Positions 44,063-51,156 of a stretch of 64,000 nt of DNA are shown here, piece after piece (position 1 is the stretch's first letter; every line of letters begins with the position of its first letter). The position numbers were made by a program, and so were the translations under genes. Source of the DNA: an uncultured Spirochaetales bacterium (GTDB lineage: Bacteria > Myxococcota_A > UBA9160 > SMWR01). The notes beneath the pieces are model-generated. The model made no database searches. It was not told where the DNA came from and saw only the letters and a list, made by a program, of their open reading frames with translations. The stretch covers positions 1,752 through 65,751 of the forward strand of contig CAZYOL010000001.1 in assembly GCA_964649065.1 (NCBI GenBank), given 5' to 3'.

Positions 44063-44158
44063 ACTAGGCGCTTGGGGTCGCGACGGTAAGGCAAAATGGT
44101 CCTGCACCGGCTTGGGCGGCTCCGGAGAGGGCCGGCAGGGGCGCTGGGGCGCGATTCC

Positions 44159-44893
44159 TCAGCCGTGCTCGAGCAGGACGACCAGCACCGAGGCCGCGAA
44201 GCCCAGCACGGTGAAGATGCCGGCGAGCTTGCCGCCGTGCTCGAAGGCCTCGGGCATCATGGTGTTCGCGAGCATCATCAGGATGGCCCCACCGGCGAAG
44301 GTCTGGATCAGCGCCAGCAGCTCGGGCGAGGCCGCTCCGAAGAGGGCGTAGCCCGCGACGGTGCAGGCGGCGCAGGCGACCGCGATGGCCGTCCACAGCA
44401 GCAGGATCGAGAGCGGGCTCCAGCCCCCGGCTCGCATGCCCGCGGTTCCCGCGATGGCCTCGGGGAGATTCGAGATGAAGACGGCGACCAGCATGGCCGC
44501 GCTGACGCTGCCCCCGCCGAGCAGGCCGAGGCCGATCACCGTGGACTCCGGCACTCCGTCGAGGACGATCCCCAGCACCATCGGGACCACGAGGGCCGCC
44601 GCCCCGCCGCCGGCGGCCTTGCGCCCGCCTCCTCCCATGCGACCGATCCCCAGGTCGGCCAGGAAGAAGGTCGCCGCCCCGAGCAGGAAGCCGGTCGCGG
44701 GCGCTGCGGTGAACTTGGCGATCCGGATCGCCTCGAAGACCAGCTCGTAGGCGACGGCGGAGATCAGTACGCCGGCGCCGAAGGCCATGATCGCCCCGAG
44801 GGTTCGCCTGCCGAGCTCGAGCCCGCTGCCGATCAGGCCCCCGAGCACGAGGGAGGAGGTGGCCAGCAGGCCCCAGAGGAAGGCGTCGAGCAT
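44159..44893 (-). CDS. ZIP family metal (zinc) transporter
   Basis: ATG at 44893. GVLISAVAYELVFEA, LGIVLDGVPES and FISNLPEAIAG are ZupT/GufA-like motifs. Confidence 0.85.
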   Translation of the reverse strand: MLDAFLWGLLATSSLVLGGLIGSGLELGRRTLGAIMAFGAGVLISAVAYELVFEAIRIAKFTAAPATGFLLGAATFFLADLGIGRMGGGGRKAAGGGAAALVVPMVLGIVLDGVPESTVIGLGLLGGGSVSAAMLVAVFISNLPEAIAGTAGMRAGGWSPLSILLLWTAIAVACAACTVAGYALFGAASPELLALIQTFAGGAILMMLANTMMPEAFEHGGKLAGIFTVLGFAASVLVVLLEHG

Positions 44894-44919
44894 CGCAGGC
44901 GGGCTCCCGTGGGCTCGCG

Positions 44920-45324
44920 CTACTCGCGCGGATCGCTGGTGTAGAGACGATGGACCAGGGCCATCAGCAGGGCCGTCGTCCAGCCGAACATGACCGTGCC
45001 GTTGGCCGCCGAGAAGGCCGACAGCAGCCGCCACTCCTCACCCAGCGTGACGTCGCCGTAGCCCAGCGTGGTGTAGGTGACCATCGCGAAGTAGAAGGCG
45101 GTCGAGAGCTCCGGCAGGGCTCCGACGAGGTGGTAGGTGAAGGCCCAGAGCCCGGTCTCGACCAGTGAGGCCAGGAACATCAGCACGATCAGCGCGGAGA
45201 CGACCAGCAGCCGGCTCAGCCCCGAGCTGCGGCTCCAGCGCTCGGCGTGCATGATCTTCAGGCCGTCGAAGACCAGCACCATGGCGCCGGCGTGGACGGC
45301 CGTCGTCAGCACCAGCAGCAGCAC
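44920..45324 (-). CDS. small potassium channel (TTLGYGD selectivity filter)
   Basis: Pore helix plus filter FYFAMVTYTTLGYGDV flanked by TM helices. The first listed start is GTG 45324, but the upstream in-frame sequence stays hydrophobic. Confidence 0.85.
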   Translation of the reverse strand: MLLLVLTTAVHAGAMVLVFDGLKIMHAERWSRSSGLSRLLVVSALIVLMFLASLVETGLWAFTYHLVGALPELSTAFYFAMVTYTTLGYGDVTLGEEWRLLSAFSAANGTVMFGWTTALLMALVHRLYTSDPRE

Positions 45325-45350
45325 GCAGATGGCGACGAGCGCCAGCAGGA

Positions 45351-46553
45351 TCAGCCCTCTCCGCGGGCGCGCGCGCCGAAGGCGGCCGCCAGCGGGTTGG
45401 CGCTCAGGCCGTGGCCGAGGATGCTCAGCAGCACGGTCGCCAGGGTGGTTCCGATCAGGGTCTCCTGGCCCGGCAGCTGCTCGCCGACGACGATCACCAG
45501 GAAGACGATGCTGGCGAGGCCGCGGGGGCCGAACCAGCCCAGGAAGAGCTTCGCGTCGCTGCGCAGGCCGAGGCCCGTGACGCTGAGGAAGACCGGCAGC
45601 ATGCGCACGGCGGTGAGGCTCAGCACGGCGTAGCTCACGGCGCGCCAGTCGATCGAGGTGGCGTACTGCCCTACCACGGCGGCGCCGAAGACCACCCAGG
45701 TCACCAGGGTGAAGGCCTCGCCCGTCCCCTCCGCCCCTTCCAGGACGGCGGTCTTGTGCTCCTGGGCCAGGGCTCCGAAGAGGAGGCCCCCGGTGAAGCA
45801 GGCGATGAAGCCACTGCCTCCCGCCAGCTGGGCCAGGCCAAAGCTGCCCAGGGCCAGCGCTACCACCGGGGTCCCCAGCCAGGGCTCCGCGATCCAGCCG
45901 CGGCGGGAGGCGGCGCGGAGCACGGGGACGGCGGCCAGCACCAGGCCGACGCCCACCGCCGCCCCGATGCCGATCTCCTCCAGCACCAGGTGTGCGGCCA
46001 GCGCGCCCGCGCTCTGCTCTGCCGCGGAGGGGGCTGCCAGCGCCAGGAAGGTGAAGAGAATGGGCACGCAGATGCCGTCGTTGAGCCCGCTCTCGACGTT
46101 CAGGCCCTGACGCACCGCCGAGGGGACGGCCGGATTCGTGACCACCGGCTTCCCGAGAGCCGCGTCCGTCGGAGCCAGCATGGTGGCGAGCACCGCCACC
46201 TCCAGCAGGCCCAGCTCGGGGAAGAGCAGGGCGCCGGTGGCGACGCCCAGCCCGATCGTCAGCGGCAGGCCCAGCAGCAGCAGCCGCTGCGGGAGCTGAA
46301 AGCTGCGCCGCAGCACGGCGAGGTCCGCAGTCGAGGCGTCGGTGAAGAGCACCAGGGCGAGCGTCAGCTCGGCGATCGTGCGGAGGCCCTCGCCGCCGAC
46401 GTCGAGCTGGAGCAGGCCCAGGCCCGCCGGGCCGGCCAGCAGGCCGAAGCCGACGTAGACCACCGCTCCGTTCACCGGCGTGCGTTCCAGCCTGCCGGCG
46501 ACCACGCTGTAGGCGAAGGCGAAGAGGGCCAGGACGGCCAGACTCTGGTACAC
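45351..46553 (-). CDS. cation:proton antiporter (CPA1, Na+/H+ exchanger family)
   Basis: GTG at 46553 after a G-rich RBS. LVLFTDASTADL, ATMLAPTDAALGKPVV, LNVESGLNDGICVP. About 12 TM helices. Confidence 0.88.
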   Translation of the reverse strand: MYQSLAVLALFAFAYSVVAGRLERTPVNGAVVYVGFGLLAGPAGLGLLQLDVGGEGLRTIAELTLALVLFTDASTADLAVLRRSFQLPQRLLLLGLPLTIGLGVATGALLFPELGLLEVAVLATMLAPTDAALGKPVVTNPAVPSAVRQGLNVESGLNDGICVPILFTFLALAAPSAAEQSAGALAAHLVLEEIGIGAAVGVGLVLAAVPVLRAASRRGWIAEPWLGTPVVALALGSFGLAQLAGGSGFIACFTGGLLFGALAQEHKTAVLEGAEGTGEAFTLVTWVVFGAAVVGQYATSIDWRAVSYAVLSLTAVRMLPVFLSVTGLGLRSDAKLFLGWFGPRGLASIVFLVIVVGEQLPGQETLIGTTLATVLLSILGHGLSANPLAAAFGARARGEG

Positions 46554-46665
46554 CGGATTCCCCCCCCTGGCCTCAGGGCCGCAGGGCCCGCCCGCGCTCC
46601 GGGCCATCGAGCAGGCCCTTCACCTCGTCCGGATCCTCGAGCACGGCGGCGCGCGCCGCGCGGCG

Positions 46666-46676
46666 TCCGGAGCCGG
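46666..46676. repeat. 11-bp direct repeat copy A (TCCGGAGCCGG) abutting the 3' end of the SMT gene
   Basis: The exact 11-mer recurs at 47866..47876, 1200 bp away. The 10-mer core is common in this GC-rich DNA, so significance is limited. Confidence 0.3.
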
Positions 46677-47777
46677 CTACAGGGGCTTCCGCGCCAGCCA
46701 GTAGTGCATCGGCGTGAAGATCCCCTGGCGGGCGCCCTCGATCATGCCCTCTCCCAGGGCGCTCATCACGTCATTGTAGGCGCGGGCGGTCCCCGGCGAG
46801 ACCAGCCGCAGCTTCTCCGCCAGGGCCAGCCACCTCTCCCAGGAGAGCAGCGAGAAGGTGGAGTAGAGCACCCTGCGCACGCGGCTGGTCTCCTCGAAGA
46901 AGTAGTACCAGCGCTTGCCGCCAAGCCCGATGCCGAAGTCGTTGTGGTCGCGCTGGGTGACGATCTCGAAGCCCGCCCTCTTCAGGGCCTCGGTGAGATC
47001 CGACATCTTGACCATCCGGCAGACCCCGAGGCCGTACTCGATGAGGTGCCGGACCCGCCGGTGCTCCGGGTTCTCCGGATCGAAGCGCTCGGTCATCTCC
47101 CAGTTGAATCCCGTGAACTTCCCACCGGGCTTGAGCACCCGGAAGACCTCCCGGCAGAGCCTCTCGTAGTCCGGGGAGTGGGCCAGGGACTCGCACATGT
47201 AGACGCCGTCCAGGCTCTCGCTGTCGATCGGGGTCTCGTGGTAGTCGGAGCAGACCAGCTCGATCTGGTGGTCGATCCCGGCCTGCTCGTTCCACTTCTT
47301 CATCTGGGCCAGGTGGCCCTCGTTGATGTTCACCGCCTTGATTCGCGCGCCGGTGAACTGGGCGATGGTTCGCGTGGGTCCGCCCGTGCCGCAGCCGAAG
47401 TCCCCGATCGTCATCGTCTCGTTCGCACCCAGCGAGAGGGCCAGGTAGCACTGGTACATCTGCTGGCAGGCCGCGTAGGACTGCCACTTGCCATCCTCGG
47501 TGGGAAACAGGATTCCGGTGGAGTAGTGCGGACCCCAGACCAGGTGCAAGAGGTCCGTCGTCATGTTGTAGTAGTTCTTGACCAGGTCGAGGTAGCGATC
47601 CCGGCGCAGCTCCTTGAGGTTCCGCTCGTCGGCGTCCAGGTCCGTCGTGTCGTAGAGCTCCAGGTGGCGGTCCAGGTCCTCTTGCTTCACGTCCCGCGGG
47701 AGCCGGCTCTTCAGCCAGAGCCAAAGCCCGATCCCCAGGCCGAAGACTCCGATTGCCACCACGATCGCCACGTTCAT
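46677..47777 (-). CDS. sterol C-24-methyltransferase (ERG6/SMT1 family) homologue with N-terminal TM anchor
   Basis: GDFGCGTGGP (SAM site), VYMCESLAHSP, FRVLKPGGKF, NWEMTERFDPENPEHRRVRHLIEYGLG, ALKRAGFEIV, RWYY, and the C-terminal GIFTPMHYWLARKP. These are colinear with yeast ERG6 blocks. N-terminal TM helix MNVAIVVAIGVFGLGIGLWLWL. Confidence 0.88.
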   Translation of the reverse strand: MNVAIVVAIGVFGLGIGLWLWLKSRLPRDVKQEDLDRHLELYDTTDLDADERNLKELRRDRYLDLVKNYYNMTTDLLHLVWGPHYSTGILFPTEDGKWQSYAACQQMYQCYLALSLGANETMTIGDFGCGTGGPTRTIAQFTGARIKAVNINEGHLAQMKKWNEQAGIDHQIELVCSDYHETPIDSESLDGVYMCESLAHSPDYERLCREVFRVLKPGGKFTGFNWEMTERFDPENPEHRRVRHLIEYGLGVCRMVKMSDLTEALKRAGFEIVTQRDHNDFGIGLGGKRWYYFFEETSRVRRVLYSTFSLLSWERWLALAEKLRLVSPGTARAYNDVMSALGEGMIEGARQGIFTPMHYWLARKPL

Positions 47778-47865
47778 CGCTCCAGTCTCCTCTCCAGAGC
47801 CCGTCGCTGGGCCGCCGGTACTCTAACTGCGCCGCGCCTGCCTCCGCACGCAAAAATCTCTCCCT

Positions 47866-47876
47866 TCCGGAGCCGG
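47866..47876. repeat. 11-bp direct repeat copy B (TCCGGAGCCGG) in the spacer upstream of the SMT gene
   Basis: See 46666..46676. It lies between the palindromic hairpin GGGCCC-gggc-GGGCCC (47884..47899) and the A/T run at 47852..47857. Confidence 0.3.
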
Positions 47877-47903
47877 TCGCCGCGGGCCCGGGCGGGCCCC
47901 GAT

Positions 47904-49004
47904 TCAGGCCGTGGTGCGGGCGAAGCGGTGGAAGCGGGCGCCCAGGAGCAGGCAGCCCGCGCCGTAGATCAGGAGCACGCCCAGGATCGGGGCGATCTCG
48001 ACCAGCGTGCGCTCGCGCAGGATCAGGTCCGTGACGCCCACCATCGCCCAGGCCGTCGGCGTGATCTGGGCGGCCTGCTGCAGCCACAGCGGCTCCTGGA
48101 AGAGGGGCCACCAGCAGCCCCCGACCGAGCAGACCAGCATCACCACAGTGAGTCCCAGTGGGATGATCTGCTCCCGGGAGCCGACGAAGGCCGACACCAG
48201 GAGGCTGAAGCCGGTCATGCAGAAGACGACGGCCACCACCAGCACCCCGAAGGTCGCGATGGAGGGACCCAGGGAGACGCCGAAGACCCAGTGTCCGAAG
48301 GCGAAGAGGACCGCCATCTGGGCGACCCCGATCAGGAAGCGGGCCAGCAGCTTGCCGCCCAGCAGCACCGCCCGCGGCACCGGCGCGATTCGCAGGCGGG
48401 TGAGCGTTCCCGAGTCCTCCTCCTCGCGCAGCCCGAAGGCCACGCCGAAGAGCACGCCCATCAGCACGAACATGACGCTGAAGCCCGGAACGTTCTGGTC
48501 GGCGGGGCGCGCGTTCTTGCGGGTGCCGGTGAGGTTGTCCTCTTCGATGTGCAGCAGCTCCTCGTAGAGCGGGTCCGCCACGGCCGCCGCCTCGCGGTCG
48601 GCCAGCAGCAGCAGGGCGCGTATGGTGTTGAGCTCCGGCCCCTTGGCCGGGTCGGTCAGCAGCGTGAGGGTCGAGGCCCGGTCGGTGAGATAGTTCTTGC
48701 TGGTTCCCTCGGGGATCACCAGGGCTGCCGCCGCCCTGTTCTCCCGGCCCACCCAGCGCTGGGCGGTCTCGAGATCGACCCGCTCGATCACCACGTGCTC
48801 CGCCAGCGTCTGGGCCAGCAGCTCGGGCACCGGGCCCCCGTCGTCGTCGACGAAGGGCAGCAGGATGAAGCCGCCCTCTCGTCCCCCCTGGGTGCCCGCC
48901 ACGATGGCGATCACCACCGCCGGCACCAGCACCGTGAACAGCAGGGCCGCGCGGTCGCGCAGGAAGAGGCGCAGATCCTTGACGGCGACGGTCCAGGCGA
49001 TCAA
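47904..49004 (-). CDS. ABC-2 type transporter permease
   Basis: TTG at 49004 (TTGA overlap). N-terminal TM helix LLFTVLVPAVVIAIVAG, large periplasmic loop, then 5 TM helices (FSVMFVLMGVLFGVAFGL...IAPILGVLLIYGAGCLLLG). Confidence 0.85.
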   Translation of the reverse strand: MIAWTVAVKDLRLFLRDRAALLFTVLVPAVVIAIVAGTQGGREGGFILLPFVDDDGGPVPELLAQTLAEHVVIERVDLETAQRWVGRENRAAAALVIPEGTSKNYLTDRASTLTLLTDPAKGPELNTIRALLLLADREAAAVADPLYEELLHIEEDNLTGTRKNARPADQNVPGFSVMFVLMGVLFGVAFGLREEEDSGTLTRLRIAPVPRAVLLGGKLLARFLIGVAQMAVLFAFGHWVFGVSLGPSIATFGVLVVAVVFCMTGFSLLVSAFVGSREQIIPLGLTVVMLVCSVGGCWWPLFQEPLWLQQAAQITPTAWAMVGVTDLILRERTLVEIAPILGVLLIYGAGCLLLGARFHRFARTTA

Positions 49005-49600
49005 GCCGGGTCCCGCTTCGCGGCCTTCCTGTTGGCGCGGCGCATGCGGTCGAGCAGCTCGGTGAAGGTCTGGGAGCGGAGCAGGCTGTCGAACTGCTCG
49101 CGGTAGTTCGCGACCAGGCTGATGCCCTCGACGACGATGTCGGTGGCGGTCCAGCGCTCTCCCTGGCGGTGCAGGGGGTAGTCCACCGAGTAGGCGTCCT
49201 TGGTGGTGCGGATGCGGGTGGGGACCAGGGCCCGATCGCCCTCCTGCCGCACCTCTCCGAAGCCGAAGACCGGCTTGCGGAAGAGCAGCAGGCGCCGCAG
49301 GTAGGCCCGCACCAGGACCTCGTCGAAGAGCTCCTGGAACTCCTCCTGCTCCGCCGGCTCGAGGCTCTCGAAGCGCTCGCCGAGGGCGCGCCGCCCCATC
49401 AGCTCCGTATCGAGCAGCTCGCGCGCCAGGTCCGAGAGCACCATCAGCTTCTCGTTGCGGCTGCGCTCGCTGGCGACCTCGGCCTGGGCCCGGTCGAGCA
49501 CGTCCTGGACCGAGCCGAGGGGGGTTCCGGCGTCGACCGCGAGGAGAAGGGGAACGAGGCATACAAGGGTCCACACGGCGATGCCGTGACATCGATGCAT
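49001..49600 (-). CDS. MlaC/Ttg2D-family periplasmic lipid-binding protein
   Basis: Signal peptide MHRCHGIAVWTLVCLVPLLLAVDA. LDTELMGRRALGERFESLEPAEQEEFQELFDEVLVRAYL...WTATDIVVEGISLVANYREQFDSLL follows the MlaC pattern. Confidence 0.85.
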   Translation of the reverse strand: MHRCHGIAVWTLVCLVPLLLAVDAGTPLGSVQDVLDRAQAEVASERSRNEKLMVLSDLARELLDTELMGRRALGERFESLEPAEQEEFQELFDEVLVRAYLRRLLLFRKPVFGFGEVRQEGDRALVPTRIRTTKDAYSVDYPLHRQGERWTATDIVVEGISLVANYREQFDSLLRSQTFTELLDRMRRANRKAAKRDPA

Positions 49601-49610
49601 GAGGCTCCTC

Positions 49611-50384
49611 CTAGTCCCGGAGTCCGTGGCCCGTGAGGTGCATGAAGAGGCGCTCGAGCTTGGGCACCACCCGGACGGGCTCCTCGGCGTCGATCAGCTC
49701 CATCAGCTCGGGCAGGGTCCCGGCGGCGATGATCTGCCCGCCGTCCAGGATCGCGATCCGATCGCAGAGCCTCTCGGCCTCCTCCATGTAGTGGGTCGTG
49801 TAGATCACCGTGGTGCCCTGGGCCGCCACGCTGCGCACCGCCTCGAAGAGGTTCTCCCGCGATTGCGGATCGACGCCGGCGGTGGGCTCGTCGAGCAGCA
49901 GCAGGCGCGGCTCGTGCACGAGGCTGCAGGCCAGGTTGAGGCGGCGCTGCATGCCGCCCGAGTAGATGCGCACGCGGTCGTGGCGGCGGTGGCCGAGGCC
50001 GACCATCTCGAGCAGCGCATCGGCCCGCTCCCGCGCCTGGGCCGCCGCCACCCCGTGGAGCCGCGCGAAGAACAGCAGGTTCTCCTCGGCCGTCAGCTCC
50101 GGGTAGAGGCTGATCTGCTGCGGCGCCAGCCCCACCCAGCGCCGCACGCGCTCCACCTCGTGGACCAGGCTGGCGCCGAAGACCTCCGCCTCACCGGAGC
50201 TGGGCGGCAGCAGGGTGGAGAGCATCGACAGGGTGGTCGTCTTGCCGGCGCCGTTCGGGCCCAGCAGCCCGAAGGTCTCACCGGCGGCAATCCGCAGGGA
50301 GATCCCCCGCACCGCCTCGAGATCTCCGAAGCGCCGCGCCAGATCGGTGAGGACGACCTCCTTGTCGCTGCCGGCGGCTCCCAC
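49611..50384 (-). CDS. ABC transporter ATP-binding protein (ABC-2/DrrA-like)
   Basis: Walker [10 protein letters not shown], signature [12 protein letters not shown], Walker [14 protein letters not shown]. Start set at GTG 50384. The ATG at 50441 (AAGGAG 11 nt upstream) would add 19 codons with atypically low third-position GC. Confidence 0.88.
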   Translation of the reverse strand: MGAAGSDKEVVLTDLARRFGDLEAVRGISLRIAAGETFGLLGPNGAGKTTTLSMLSTLLPPSSGEAEVFGASLVHEVERVRRWVGLAPQQISLYPELTAEENLLFFARLHGVAAAQARERADALLEMVGLGHRRHDRVRIYSGGMQRRLNLACSLVHEPRLLLLDEPTAGVDPQSRENLFEAVRSVAAQGTTVIYTTHYMEEAERLCDRIAILDGGQIIAAGTLPELMELIDAEEPVRVVPKLERLFMHLTGHGLRD

Positions 50385-50460
50385 GCGGCGCGCATTATGG
50401 CGAGAAACTGGCTGAGACAGCAAGATAGACTCCGGTCTCATTTTCTGTCATGCTCCTTCC
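50385..50460. promoter_or_regulatory. divergent promoter/operator region (most AT-rich stretch of the window)
   Basis: Lies between the ABC operon (-) and tetR (+). Inverted repeat TGAGAC (50413..50418), 16-nt spacer, GTCTCA (50435..50440). Related half-site CTGTCA at 50445..50450. Confidence 0.35.
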
Positions 50461-51156
50461 ATGGCGAACCCGCCGTCCGTGGGGAATTCAACCCTGCGCG
50501 CGCCGACCGGCTCGGCCCCCGAGGACGAGGACCCGGAGCTGGCGGATCCGCAGCCGGCGCCGCGGACGCTCGTCATCGAGCGCCGGCTGAGCCGCGCCCA
50601 GGCGCGCCGGCGCGACCGGGTTCGGGCCTCGGCCCGGGCGTTGGCCGAAGCAGGGGGCTACGGGGCGGTCACCATGGACGCGGTCGCCTCCCGCTCCGAG
50701 GTCGCCCGCGCCACCATCTATCGCTACTTCAGCTCGAAGGACCACCTGCTCTCCGAGGTCGCCGTGGAGTGGGGCGAGACCCTGGCCGAGGCCCTGCGCA
50801 GCGAGGGCCCGCGCGGCGACGGCCCGGCGGCCCGCGTTGCCTCGGCCTTCCGCCGCGTGCTCGAGGCCGCCCTCGACTCGCCGCGCCTCACCGAGGCGGT
50901 CGGGCGCGCGGCGATCTCCTCGGATCCCGAGGCGCTGCGCTCCCAGGAGCAGTTCCTCTCGGTGCTCTCCGGTCTGGTCGGGGCCGCCCTGGGTGACGCC
51001 CCCATCCGCCGTCGCGCCGATCGGGAGAAGGTTCTGGGCAACGTCCTGTTCTCGGCCCTGGTCAACATCACCACGGGCCGTTTCGACGAGCGCCAGGCCG
51101 TGGAAATTCTCGAGACCGCTGCGGACCTGCTCTTCGCCGAGGAGGGAGCCGATTGA
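50461..51156 (+). CDS. TetR/AcrR family transcriptional regulator
   Basis: HTH block GYGAVTMDAVASRSEVARATIYRYFSSKDHLLSEV, followed by a helical ligand-binding domain. Confidence 0.9.
   Translation: MANPPSVGNSTLRAPTGSAPEDEDPELADPQPAPRTLVIERRLSRAQARRRDRVRASARALAEAGGYGAVTMDAVASRSEVARATIYRYFSSKDHLLSEVAVEWGETLAEALRSEGPRGDGPAARVASAFRRVLEAALDSPRLTEAVGRAAISSDPEALRSQEQFLSVLSGLVGAALGDAPIRRRADREKVLGNVLFSALVNITTGRFDERQAVEILETAADLLFAEEGAD

Noticed and set aside
46677-47777. Using the GC dip of the SMT gene alone as proof of horizontal transfer
   Set aside because: Soluble enzymes throughout 41 to 59 kb (Mla ATPase, LLM, P450, BVMO) are also visibly less GC-rich than the Ala/Leu/Arg/Gly-rich membrane genes. 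Composition therefore partly reflects protein type. Transfer needs phylogeny and formal codon or tetranucleotide statistics.
45411-49106. 1231-aa plus-strand ORF, with similar giants at 50724..53477 (-), 60563..63988 (-), 16743..19367 (-), 24194..26269 (-), 25291..28626 (+), 35717..37906 (+) and 21513..23354 (+)
   Set aside because: All run antisense or out of frame across genes with clear family motifs. Their translations are low-complexity (R, G, A, P, D, H, Q runs). The lack of stops is explained by GC-rich codon bias on the true coding strand.
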